The notes under the pieces were generated by a model that made no database searches, was not told the origin of the DNA, and worked only from the letters and a program-made list of their open reading frames with translations. This document shows positions 10,610-21,849 of a DNA stretch of 62,773 nucleotides, one piece after another. Numbering within the stretch: position 1 is the first letter of the stretch; every line of letters begins with the position of its first letter. Source of the DNA: Craspedostauros australis (taxonomy: Eukaryota); contig JALAGF010002141.1 in assembly GCA_030167865.1 (NCBI GenBank), positions 62,001 through 124,773 on the forward strand. Direction: 5' to 3'. A program made the position numbers and the translations under genes.

Positions 10610-13600
10610 ATGCCAAGCAGTGCAATTCACCGCAGCGTCATGCCAGCTGGGACAAATGCCATGCAGGGCAACATCGGCGACAACACCGACAACGACGCGA
10701 AGGACAACAGGAGGTCCACCATCATTGCAGACCTGACGTCCGGCCGTGAATTCTACGACGATGGTTACACGGAAGAAGAACAAAATGCGCCCGACCTGCC
10801 ATCTACCTTTGCGACAGGGGCGGCCTTGTCTGCTGCCGTTGGTGGTGCCGATGTTCGACATCAGAGCACCAACGTGAACATGAACGTCGGCATCGATCCA
10901 AACATAGCAACGGCAATGGACACGAATGTGAATATGCATGCACATGTGCATACGCATACGCAGACATATACGCAGACGAGCAGTCACAACAGGAGCTTCT
11001 CCGCCAACGCAGGCAGCACAAGGACTTCTACCGCACAGAATGGCGAAGCCTCGAACTCACCAACCGCTGTGATTGAAGAGGCTTCGTCGCCGCTGCCAAA
11101 ATCGCAGCATCTCTTTGGCAGAGAGAGGGAACTCCACCGGCTCACCCAAATCCACAAGACTTTGATCAAGCAGCCCGGCCACCGCGAACTCAACCGTGCA
11201 GAAGAACAACGAATCGGCTCCGCGACAGAGGCTGCAGCGACGAACCCAGCATCCATCTACCCGGCAGTTCTGGTTTGGGGAACCAGCGGGACGGGGAAAT
11301 CGAGACTGGTCAGGCACTTCCTTGATGTATCGTGCTGCACTTGCGGGGCCCGGCATCCCCAAGATCCTGACAGCGCTGACGATGATCATGCTCAGCGAGG
11401 CCAGCATTTTCAACGTGGGCGGCCGTGCTCTTGCTGCTACGTGCTGTGCGGCAAGTACGACGAGTACACGGGCAAGACTGATCCATTCTCTGCCATCATC
11501 CAGGCACTCAACGACTTTTCGGAGCAGCTCAGGATCGGCCCACCGCAGGAGTTGGAACGGATCCGCATGTCCATTTGGGATGCCTTTGGTGGCGGCGCGC
11601 AAAACAACGTGGATGGTCGCAAACAATCTGGCAGTACTCACAGTTCCCAGAGCGGCGGCGACGCAACCAGCGAACACGAAATCATCGATCAAGATCGCTC
11701 GGGTGAGCCGTCCATCAATGCACACCTGCATTCTGTGATGTCCGGATTGATTACGGTCGTCCCATCTCTCTCCATCCTGGCACCTCAACTCACTGCCCAT
11801 TCCTCAGGCTCCAGCGTTCTAGCAGGTGGCGAATCGGTCAGATCAGACGACACCTTCGATAAGAAGAACGCGGCACGGCGCACCCGCCGCGCGCATTCCG
11901 ACAATGAGAATGACGCGCACAGGAACTTCGTCATGCGGTCGGCATCGTCTGGATCCCTGTCCGTATCCACCTCGGGGCAGCGACGTGGAGCAGAGCCAAC
12001 GAAACTGCGATTGATGCATGACTCGCAATCGACATGGAATCGATTGCAGTATATCTTCATCCAATTCATGAAGGCAATCTCCACGCCCCAAAGGCCCGTG
12101 TACTTGTTCCTCGACGACTTGCAGTGGTCACCTTCCACCAGTCTCGAGTTGCTCGCGAGTCTCATCGCTGATCCCGATCTCAGCAGCTTCATGCTCCTGG
12201 CCACCATCCGGGAGGAGACCAACCCGCACAACGACGAGATCGTCGACTTCCCTTCGGACTCACCCTTGAAAGCCTCCTTCCTGAGTCGCCTGGCAGATTC
12301 AAACCAAGGTGATCGTGATTCTCATCATCGCACTTCTGCCCTTCCCGACGATGAACCAGAAAGAGCCCAAGCAACAACAACAATCACTCCAGCATCAGCT
12401 TCAGCAACTTCGGACAGTGCGAGCACGGAGCACGCAAGTTTCAAGAGACTGGAGCATCTCACCGTCGGCAACATGTCTCAGCAAGACACCGTCGATTGGC
12501 TATCCGAGCTCCTTGAGCGTGACGAGGATGACAGCGAGCTACGATTGCTCGCAAGGAAGCTCCACGAGAAGACGCATGGCAATGTGCTCTTCATGCTGCA
12601 GGGCATCGAGGAACTGAAACGAAAGAACATCCTCGTCTTCAGTCGTATCTCATTCCAGTGGGAATGGAATTTGATGAGCCTTCGGAAGAAGGGCGGCAAC
12701 AGCGACAGCGACAGAAAGAGCAACACCCACGCGAGCATGGGCGGCGGTGACGACGGCTACGACGATCTGGAGCTCCCCATCAGCGACAACATCATAGCAA
12801 CGATTGAATCGCAGCTCAAGCAGCTTCCGCCAGACCTCCAGCGCCTTCTGTCGATTGCTGCATACATCCGCGGTAATTTTGACACGCTTGTTCTGAGCCA
12901 TGTTCTGGAGAGCGAGGGATCGGAGGCTGATGGCATTTGGAACGCCAACAGCAACCCCGTCGCTCATGGAATGGATGGAACCGCAACCAGCCCGACATGG
13001 ACGGAAGCCAAAGTCCGAACGGTGCTGGAACAGGCCGCAGCTGAGAAGCTGGTCAACATAAACGTGGGCAAAGGGCAACACCGATTCGCTCACGATCGCA
13101 TCCAACAGGCTGCGTATGGGTTGATCCCGTACGGCGAAACGAGAGACAAGCTGCGGGTGAGGATTGGTCATTCCCTCTTGCAGTTGTATCGCCGTACGTG
13201 CGAATTGCACTACGATGATGACAATGACGATGACGACAGCCTGGGCAGTGGGAACTCCGAAGAGAACGATTCTCACGACGAGGTGAGTATCAGCTTGAAT
13301 GCTGATACCGACGCACCTGGAACACCGCAGGACGGACAAGCGGCTCATCCAGCAGCAACCAACAACAACAACAACAATTTGCTGTTTGTGGCGGCTGATC
13401 ACTTGAACAGCGTCCAAACGAAGGATCACATATTCTCGGGCACCCTCAATCTCGAGGTGGGCGAAAGGGCGTTGCAGATGGCATCCCTCGCGTCTGCTGC
13501 TGCGTACCTACAGAAGGCGTCGAACGAATTGAAGCGGGTTCGAAATCCATGGGAGGATCACTATGACACCACGCTGAGATTGTTTCGAGCACGGTCGGAG

Positions 13601-15148
13601 GTTGAGCTATCGCTGGGACATACCGAGATCGGTCACAAGCTCGGCTGGGAACTCATTGAACGAGCGCGATCGATTGACGAGAAACTTCCAACGTATCTAT
13701 CCATGGCGAAAGCGCTTGCACAGAAAGACGATATGAAGGCATCGTTGTCCATCAGTTTGCACGTGGTCAGGATGTTTGGAGCGTTCCCGAAACGATTTTA
13801 CGGCGTCTACATCACCAAGTCCATGATGCGAATCAATTCCTTCTTGAAGGCGCACTCGGATGAAGAGATCATCAATCTCCCGCTCCTTGACGATTCTCGG
13901 ACAGCCATCCTAATGCAGTTCATCACCGATATCGGCCTGCGGTCCTACATGAAGGGAGACTTCGTGCAGTGGATTGTGCACGTATGCCAAGGCGTCATGC
14001 TGATGATTGATCGTGGCATCTGCGAAGACTCCGTGTTGGGGTTGGCGAATTTTGGGATCGTGTGGAGCACGATTACGAACGATCACCAAATGGCTCTGCG
14101 ATGCGCGGACATGGCCCTCGCGATCCGAGACAGAATCGACGGAAGGAAGATCGCCGGGTGGGCCTACGTTTCCACATGCGGAGTGGCGTATCCGTATTCA
14201 CGCTCCCTGAAAACGATCGAGCAGATGTACCAGAAGGGATACAACCTCGCCATGCAGACTGGAGAATTCGAAACGGGCATGTGGAACCTGCTGCTGCGCG
14301 ACATCACCGAGTTCTGCGCTGGCCGCAACCTCCAGGAGCTCGTAAGGCGATTCGAGCATTCCTTGCAACAGGACAAGATCTATTCGGTGGGAACCACAAC
14401 CGGCTTTTCGACGGCTATATTCCACATGCTGCAGCGCTTGGCCGGTAAGCGTCCGATTGATTGGGATGCGGTTGAGAAGCTCTCGCACCGAGACGTCAGG
14501 AAGGACCCGCCGGAACAAGCCAGGGTGCTGGAAGTTTCATTCCAGATCTATGCGGGCGCGCGATTTGCCCTGTACTTTCGCAAGTACCAGCTTGCCGATC
14601 GATTGCTGAAGCAGTATCTGGTACTCTCCAAGCCTGAGAAGTCCTACATGCGCATGGTCTGCCGCGGCCTTCTGTCGGGACTGACAGCATCCGCCATGTT
14701 CCGTTCGACGCGGAAGCGCAAATACAAGCGTATTCTGAAGCGCCGGAAGCTCTCGTACCAACGCATGGCCGACACGAAAGGAGAAAACGTTCGATTCCAT
14801 GCCCTGATCCTCGAGGCGGAAGAAGAATCATTGGCCAGCGCTCGGCCCAGCGCCGCTCGCATCCGGCACGTTCGGGAGGCGTACGACCGCGCCATCCGAT
14901 GCGCGGCCAAGACGCCGCTGGTTCAGTATGCAGCTCTCGGGTGCGAGCTGGCAGCTGAATTCTTCATCAGGATGCAATCCAGGGTGGGCGACCAGAAACA
15001 CGACGAAGATGGCGGTGCGGCAGTCGTATCGGCAGACATAATCAAGTCGTATCTCGTGGAGGCGGTGGAGTGGTACAAGAAGTGGGGGTGCGCGTTGAAG
15101 GTCGACGATATCGAGAAGAGGCATTCCGGATACTTGCAGAATTGGTGA
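10610..15148 (+). CDS. STAND-class P-loop ATPase (AAA_16-like) with C-terminal TPR-like helical region, about 1510 aa, intronless
   Basis: Walker A VLVWGTSGTGKS, GKYDE..DPFSAIIQAL, Walker B VYLFLDDLQW, KTHGNVLF (GNP-like motif), HRFAHDRIQQAAY, helical repeats, and terminal AVEWYKKWGCALKV typical of the ATPase/TPR module of bacterial Ser/Thr-kinase-ATPase-His-kinase proteins. First ATG is at 10610; the ORF track starts at GTG 10556. Confidence 0.9.
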   Translation: MPSSAIHRSVMPAGTNAMQGNIGDNTDNDAKDNRRSTIIADLTSGREFYDDGYTEEEQNAPDLPSTFATGAALSAAVGGADVRHQSTNVNMNVGIDPNIATAMDTNVNMHAHVHTHTQTYTQTSSHNRSFSANAGSTRTSTAQNGEASNSPTAVIEEASSPLPKSQHLFGRERELHRLTQIHKTLIKQPGHRELNRAEEQRIGSATEAAATNPASIYPAVLVWGTSGTGKSRLVRHFLDVSCCTCGARHPQDPDSADDDHAQRGQHFQRGRPCSCCYVLCGKYDEYTGKTDPFSAIIQALNDFSEQLRIGPPQELERIRMSIWDAFGGGAQNNVDGRKQSGSTHSSQSGGDATSEHEIIDQDRSGEPSINAHLHSVMSGLITVVPSLSILAPQLTAHSSGSSVLAGGESVRSDDTFDKKNAARRTRRAHSDNENDAHRNFVMRSASSGSLSVSTSGQRRGAEPTKLRLMHDSQSTWNRLQYIFIQFMKAISTPQRPVYLFLDDLQWSPSTSLELLASLIADPDLSSFMLLATIREETNPHNDEIVDFPSDSPLKASFLSRLADSNQGDRDSHHRTSALPDDEPERAQATTTITPASASATSDSASTEHASFKRLEHLTVGNMSQQDTVDWLSELLERDEDDSELRLLARKLHEKTHGNVLFMLQGIEELKRKNILVFSRISFQWEWNLMSLRKKGGNSDSDRKSNTHASMGGGDDGYDDLELPISDNIIATIESQLKQLPPDLQRLLSIAAYIRGNFDTLVLSHVLESEGSEADGIWNANSNPVAHGMDGTATSPTWTEAKVRTVLEQAAAEKLVNINVGKGQHRFAHDRIQQAAYGLIPYGETRDKLRVRIGHSLLQLYRRTCELHYDDDNDDDDSLGSGNSEENDSHDEVSISLNADTDAPGTPQDGQAAHPAATNNNNNNLLFVAADHLNSVQTKDHIFSGTLNLEVGERALQMASLASAAAYLQKASNELKRVRNPWEDHYDTTLRLFRARSEVELSLGHTEIGHKLGWELIERARSIDEKLPTYLSMAKALAQKDDMKASLSISLHVVRMFGAFPKRFYGVYITKSMMRINSFLKAHSDEEIINLPLLDDSRTAILMQFITDIGLRSYMKGDFVQWIVHVCQGVMLMIDRGICEDSVLGLANFGIVWSTITNDHQMALRCADMALAIRDRIDGRKIAGWAYVSTCGVAYPYSRSLKTIEQMYQKGYNLAMQTGEFETGMWNLLLRDITEFCAGRNLQELVRRFEHSLQQDKIYSVGTTTGFSTAIFHMLQRLAGKRPIDWDAVEKLSHRDVRKDPPEQARVLEVSFQIYAGARFALYFRKYQLADRLLKQYLVLSKPEKSYMRMVCRGLLSGLTASAMFRSTRKRKYKRILKRRKLSYQRMADTKGENVRFHALILEAEEESLASARPSAARIRHVREAYDRAIRCAAKTPLVQYAALGCELAAEFFIRMQSRVGDQKHDEDGGAAVVSADIIKSYLVEAVEWYKKWGCALKVDDIEKRHSGYLQNW

Positions 15149-15519
15149 GGTTGGTGGGAGGTGGCATCAACTGATGGTACGTGCGTTGCAAGTGGAGCGT
15201 TAGACGAACGCACCGAGTCCAATCGAAAATGACGATTCAGATAGAACAGACCATTCCATTCGTTGCTGCAGAGTGCAGGAGCAATGGGGAGGGAACGCGG
15301 CAGAGCGCGAGTCCACCACTGCATTCAAGGAGAGTAGAAACAAATAAAACTCACTTTCCACCTACGCAATTGCTGTGCTAGTCTGGTCTCAGATTGCTGC
15401 AACGACCGACCAGTACCCGAACCCAATGTGCCGACAAGGCAGTGCCATGATCTTCGTTCCGTTCCACTCGCGTTGTCATCCGTCCGTCCGTTCTTCTACT
15501 AATATCTCTGCCTTTGCCA

Positions 15520-17211
15520 CTATTTCCGCCCGTCGACTTTCTTGGCCTGAGCATCACGCTTCATCCATTCCAAACGAGCGTCTAACAGAGCGTTGGCGAC
15601 GCGGAAGATAATCACGTCGCTGTTTGCCTCCATTCCATACACCCTGCGTCGGTGCCTGTCCTCCCAGTACGCCGTTGGACGGCACGTCTTGTACCGTTTG
15701 TGTTCCATTGGTTGATGCGGTAGCTGCGTGATGTAATGAAACAGGCACATGGACTCTTGCATCCGTTCTGTGATGCCAAACCACAGAAAAGATGGGTCGC
15801 TTCGCGATGATGTTTCGTGATGGGTGGCATTTGCCATTTTCTGCGGAACTGTTCGCCGTCGCGCATTGGCTGACGATGGACGACCAGCCTGCGTGTCGAT
15901 TTCGCGCTGTTCCACGAGTATGGGGTGCCCACCCAGTTGCTGCAGCGCCATGAGTTCAATCCGCTCGTGCTCCTTCTGCGAGGCAGCCGTGTCTTTACCG
16001 ACGGTGTCTTGCGCAAGATGCGCGCTGAACATCTGCATCGATACATGATGCAGCGACTGCATGTACTCCGGCGATTGGAGCAATTGGTCGAGAGAATTGC
16101 AGTGCTTGAATGGGTTGATACCAGCGCCCAGCATCGCGCAGTCCTCTTCATCGTTCGGTTGCTGCTGTCGGCGTCTGCGGCACTTCAGCTCCGTCCTCGT
16201 CCGCCAGCGGCGGTGCCTCCATTGCGTGACCTGTGTGAGGTTAACATTCGGACAGCCATCATCGATCCTGTTGCCGGTGTCGTTGTGGTTGCTGCTGCTG
16301 CTGCTATAGCTACTGTTGCTGCTGCTAGTGTTACTCGTAGCAATCGACTGGCGTGGCTTCACTGTGGCCGCTGTGTCTCTTTGCTGATGCTTCACCCACG
16401 TATCGACATGGCACATCCATTCATGAACGTTGGATGCTCTTACATTGACGGGCTCTCGCAGCATGGATATCAGCTTGATGATCTTATTGCTGCGGGAGAG
16501 GAACTGCTGCAACCGCTGAGTCGACGCCTCTGTACCGTTGAAGGCGAAGTACGGTGTATGGCTGTAGAGAATGCGCTTCTGACGCCACCAGCGTTCCGCT
16601 GCTTTCGCCTTCTCGATGGATTGAACTCTGGCCGCAAAACCTTGTCGTTTGGAGATGATCGCCCTGTCGATGTCGAAGAAGTCGGATGCGTGAGAACCGG
16701 GGACGACCGCTTCGTCGCCAAACATCCTGTGCAATGCTAGTGACAATGATGTGCCGCCCGTTTTCATCGGATGGAAGAACATCAGCAGATCTTCCTCTTG
16801 CGAATACGTGACGACGCTGCCCAAGCGTGTCATCTGCTCATAAAGGATGGGGACTGCAAGGTGCTGGGTGAGGTTCCATCGAGCTGCGATGGTCTCGGCC
16901 ATGGCGTACGCATTCGCATCGTTCCAGTCATCCGATGTGTTTCTGTGCGTGCCTGCCTCATCGATTGATCGAGGTGCATCGTCTGGTACGCGTACGGCTA
17001 TGGGCAGTTTGAGATGGCCACCGTGGCCCGCGAAGGACGAGGAGGACGGCGTTGCAGCGTTCTGATTGAATGAGATCAGATACACCAAGGTTGACGCACA
17101 CGAGACTCCAAGCCCAAACGATTTCCATTGGAAGTGATCAAGTCGTCTGGATTTCATTCTCGGCACGCTGGTGTCCCTTTGAACATGAGCATGCTGGCTG
17201 CTGTTGGTCAT
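15520..17211 (-). CDS. Type II membrane sulfotransferase-like protein
   Basis: N-terminal TM (FGLGVSCASTLVYLISF), 5'-PSB motif FFHPMKTGGTSL, 3'-PB motif SMLREPVNVRAS and C-terminal WFGITERMQESMCLF. The start is uncertain (ATG 17211 or a downstream Met). Confidence 0.8.
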   Translation of the reverse strand: MTNSSQHAHVQRDTSVPRMKSRRLDHFQWKSFGLGVSCASTLVYLISFNQNAATPSSSSFAGHGGHLKLPIAVRVPDDAPRSIDEAGTHRNTSDDWNDANAYAMAETIAARWNLTQHLAVPILYEQMTRLGSVVTYSQEEDLLMFFHPMKTGGTSLSLALHRMFGDEAVVPGSHASDFFDIDRAIISKRQGFAARVQSIEKAKAAERWWRQKRILYSHTPYFAFNGTEASTQRLQQFLSRSNKIIKLISMLREPVNVRASNVHEWMCHVDTWVKHQQRDTAATVKPRQSIATSNTSSSNSSYSSSSSNHNDTGNRIDDGCPNVNLTQVTQWRHRRWRTRTELKCRRRRQQQPNDEEDCAMLGAGINPFKHCNSLDQLLQSPEYMQSLHHVSMQMFSAHLAQDTVGKDTAASQKEHERIELMALQQLGGHPILVEQREIDTQAGRPSSANARRRTVPQKMANATHHETSSRSDPSFLWFGITERMQESMCLFHYITQLPHQPMEHKRYKTCRPTAYWEDRHRRRVYGMEANSDVIIFRVANALLDARLEWMKRDAQAKKVDGRK

Positions 17212-20200
17212 CGTGGCAATGACATGGGAGCTGTTGCGAGCATTATTGCATGAAGTTGCGCTTCCCAGCGCCGTGCACTCGTCAAGGATCTCTGCGCACT
17301 GCTTCACCTTGCTTCAGGAAGCCATGGACATGGTTGATCCGTCACGTACGATGCATGGCGTGGGCCTCTCCCTCTCCCCCTTGCTGTACCTCGTATTCGC
17401 CTGTCGATGGCTTTCTGTTCCTTGGTGTCAGTGATGTTGGTATGATGTTTGCTCTTCTTGTTCGTCGAAGCGTTTTCGCCAAACGTGCCAACCCCTTGTA
17501 TTCGCATGAGTCCAACCGAGAACACTGACCAAAGAAACATGTATCTGATTTTCCATCTGGGACGCTCTAATTTGAAAGAGACCAGAAGCGACATAATAAG
17601 ATGAAAATGGACGTTTCGAAAACCTGGATCTGGAAGAATCGTTATCACGACTTCCAGTCTAGACAGTGAGAAGGGAGTCCGAAACCTCCTGATGGCCACA
17701 TTGACGCCAATGGGGTTGTTCTTGTTTGGATTGATTGATTGATACGTATCCGTAGCCACAATAGCGATGAGTCCACATACATAAGGACAGATGATGCAGC
17801 ACTCTGGAGTGGACTTGATTTCTCTACTCTAATTGGATTTCCTCGCACGTTCCGCATTCTGCCAAGCCAAGAGTAGAAGTCGCCACCGGTTTAGCATAGT
17901 ATGCTGGCGGGTACCACACTATCAATGCTCACAGGGCTCTACGCCCAGAACGCCTCAGACTCAGAAACGAATTTGTTTTCGATGAGTTCATCAACGCCCG
18001 TATCTTTCGGCCACTTGATCCGACCCAGCACCAGTAATTTCACTTCGGGCGCCATGGGTCTCGTGGAACATACCAGTATCACTGAAATCATACCCAAAGA
18101 AGAATTGCATGGTTCGGAGCATGGTACGCCGCATCATGCCCGCGTGATCCGGCTCCACCTCTCTTGTGAACCATGACGCGCCCGACCTACTTGAAGCTCA
18201 TATGTCGCCTCGATTGAATTCTACATCCAAAGCACGGCAAGTCATCACCGATCAGTTGGTGTCCGGACTCGGAAGCAGACCAGCGATGCGAGCCTGCTGC
18301 GTCCTTTGAGTGCCAATCATGCTCGGCGCAATACTCTGCGAGTATCTCCATTCGTCAGCGAGGCGGCTGTTGCAAATGATCTGATTTGATTGAGCATCGA
18401 TGGCACAGGCACACGACCAGCTACAGACTCGGAGAAGCATCTTGAGCTTTGATCCAGCGCGCATACACACGTACGACGAGTAGTACGAGCACCCGGCCTG
18501 CGTGAGTGTGAAGGAGTTTTCTTTGTGAGCACATGAAGTGGAGCCCATCACTCAATCCGATTGCTGTAGCCGTTTCACATGGATTACCGGGCTTGTCTTG
18601 CCTCGCTGCACGAGTACTGCGCAACCATTCTGTTCCCTGTCTCGCATGCATCCGCAATGAAGAAAGACAACGCTTCACAACAAGGACAGAAGGAAGGAGA
18701 ATCTTTGATCTCCACCGCTTGCCTTATCATAATACTTGCATTGGCGAATGCGAGAGTGTTCGGTGGTTCTGGTTCGACAGACACTTCGACGAAGTTTGTT
18801 ACCGCAAGGGCGTCTTGGTTTGTTCCGAGGAGGAACACGTACCCTCCGAGGTATATCCATGTCATTCATCAAACCACGTGTAATCTCGCGCGGCAGAATA
18901 GATAGGTACAAAACGGATGCTCTTCTGTCCCATCATTTCTCACATTCTGCCCATCATCTCTCAATTCGAGTACCTGAAGGAGGCAACGTGGCCGCATCTT
19001 CCAGCCCCAAAATGAGATCTTCACGGACGAGACAACGGAAAAAGTCAGCTCCACGACCCAAGAAAAGAGGAGAACAGCAGTGTGCGCGTTGATAGCAGTG
19101 GTGGTGGGACAAGGAAAAGAAATGGAGCAGGTTGCACCACGACCAACAACTCGATGAACCTCGATTTCGATTTCTCCGTGATCGGCATACTCGCACGTGA
19201 CTGATCACAAGCAACTCCATGTGTTGGTGATGCGGCTCACGTCGGAATTGGTATTGATGCGTCACGCTGATGCTGGAGTCGATGTTGACGTTGTGTTGGG
19301 AGAAGTACCAATGTTTGAGTCGGCAGGAAGAGTATGGTGACACACACACGCACGCGCACGCGCACGCGAACGAGGAATCCATGGTGCGTCCTGGTACTTG
19401 AAGGACAGAACCAGCGAGCCCAACCAGAGAGAGTGAGAGATGATAACAGCACCAGCAGCGAGACCTGTGTGGAGGCAGCCATAGACACAATGAAACAGGC
19501 GCTACTGCCAACTCTGGGAGCAAATGGTCCCGGCGACACGATGGCGTGCAATCGCCCCTCGTAATCGAGATCGCGACAAATAAATCTGATCCAAGATCTG
19601 GACAAATTGGTATCACTGTCAGCGGCGATTTGGTTGATCTCTTGGCTGGCTGGTTGTCGGTTTGTCTGTTTTCTCTTGTTCGGCTGTTTACTTGCTTCCG
19701 GCGACACACTGCGGGCATGGCATCAACAGAGCACCAACAGGTAGTTATGATACAGTCCACCTCGGTACCTGCCGAATGTATCGAGAACGCCTGGGGGTTG
19801 GCGATGGTAGCACTGAGCATAAATCCTCGCCATTCATTGGTGTTCACAGCAAGTTGTATTGACAACGTCCCAGAAGGATTGACAATTGCGGATGGTCTGA
19901 AAGAGGATCCCGACCGTGTCTCTTCTCGCGCCTGTTGCCACAGTTGATGCCTCTTGGCCGGCGTCGATGCCGGATCGCGTTCAGCCCGCATCCTCTGCGA
20001 CAAACCGAGCGAGAGTAGAATAGAGCAATCTAAAGCCGCGTGTCGTATCGTATAGTCCGGCCGATGGTTTCATAGATCGTATTGCAGTGGCATGCGTCTG
20101 CGTTCCACCACTTTGGCGACACTATCCACAAGTGTCAACCACCGCAATGGACCACCCGGCATTTCTCATTTGCTCTGGATGCCTCTCCTTGCAGACTCTT

Positions 20201-21115
20201 TCCGCATGAAGCGAACGGACACACATGAACAATTACTCCCTACATGTTTCCCCAAACAGCTTCAAGCCATCGTCGCGCCTTCATCCACTCAGCGCCATTT
20301 TGACTTTCTGTGTTGTGAGGTGCTGTGCGTCTCGTCAGAACAGCTACATTCACTTGCTACAACATTTAACGCCATACATGGAATTCTCATTGATGCAATC
20401 GCAATTGACACTTCTTCTTTTTTGTCTGGCCTGCTGTAGCCGGCTTTTTCCGTTGTGAGTAGCGGTAGAGTAATTGTTGAGTACAGCCTTGTGGCCATGC
20501 AACCCACTCTGACTATGTATGTCCTGCGCTGCCGTATGCCTCTGTGTGAGTGCTACGAGGCCATGGTACGGGGTACTCAATCCGCGAGCGGCCTCTTGTG
20601 ACGTTCTCGTTGGCAAAACGCTGCTACCTGTTCACCCGCCCACGTGCAGGATCACCGTTGGTCAACTGCCAACTTTTCGTGCGGTGTTCCTATCCATGCT
20701 GGGAGCAGTGCCGGACAACATCGTTAAATCTTGTGCCAAACATAGCTCGTGCCTGTTACTCGTGCAACATCACCAATACGGTTGTTGGGTTGATGGTGGA
20801 CGTTACCGTTCAGTTTCCGTTTCTGTCCGCGTGTTGCTGGCGTCGGGGCCGGGTGGTGTTTCTGTTCACATTGATCGTGCTCTTGTATTCGTAGTTCGCC
20901 AGCGACTACCCAGAATTGGCGAGGTTCGGGTAACGGAATGTGTTATCATCCTACCATCTGAGGACGGAACCCCACAAGCCTATCTTCAACATGAGCGCCT
21001 TCGGACGCTCAGGTTGGCGGAAAGACGAATGGACCAAGAGTGGATGACGGGAGGTGGAAGCGAACGGAACAGCTAGACACTCGGGAGAGTGGAGTTGAGA
21101 GGAAAAGTGTGCTTT

Positions 21116-21141
21116 ACTCACTCACTCACTCACTCACTCTC
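21116..21141. repeat. (ACTC)n microsatellite
   Basis: actcactcactcactcactcactctc. Confidence 0.8.
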
Positions 21142-21849
21142 ACTATCTCTCTCTGAAGTCATTGTAATTGTTACAGAATCAGAGAATCCATGTTCGCTTG
21201 CATTGAGTCGGGAGGGTGAACCAGAGACCAGCAAGCGATAACATTCCTGCAAACATACGTACGGCCTCATTGAAGATGCTGCCTCTTCCCTGAGGTTCGG
21301 GTCCAAGAAGACGATTGCGGAGCCTCGACTGATCCTCCAAAAAAAATTGGGAGAGAGCACACGCACCCGAACATCCGTTGCGAAACCATGCTTTGTACTT
21401 GTACGAACTACGGTATGAGACGCATGCCAACACCAACACAGTCGCTACACGCCGCCCAAACCAAAGCGAAACAGGAGCGGTCACAGTTCATAAATTTAAA
21501 ATCCAGAAAACGGCAGAACCAACTCGACCAAACCAACACCACTTGCGCATCTGGAGCAACAAGCTAACTCCCACACACTCACGCACACACTTACCAACGA
21601 AGCGCGCCCTCTCTCTCACACACTCGATCTAACACTTGCGGTCGCACTGGCATCCAAGAGCTCAACCACAGAGTACCAGACGGTACAACACATTTCTCAG
21701 GATTCCTCATCGCCGTCACAATCAGCAGCAACAGCAACAACAAACAACAAGCAACGAACAACATTGTGGTTCGTGCTTCATCATCAGAATCGATCCCAGC
21801 ATCGACAACAGTCCAAGACGCAGCAACCAGCGACCACAACAGCGCCGAG

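Noticed and set aside
19223-19245. VGDAAH flavoprotein-monooxygenase motif on the plus strand
   Set aside because: It is bounded by stops within a few codons on both sides, with no other FAD-binding motifs.
19546-19947. ORF containing IDNVPEGLTIA, reminiscent of the ZIP transporter HNxPEG motif
   Set aside because: The His is absent, the multi-TM pattern is missing and codon usage is not gene-like.
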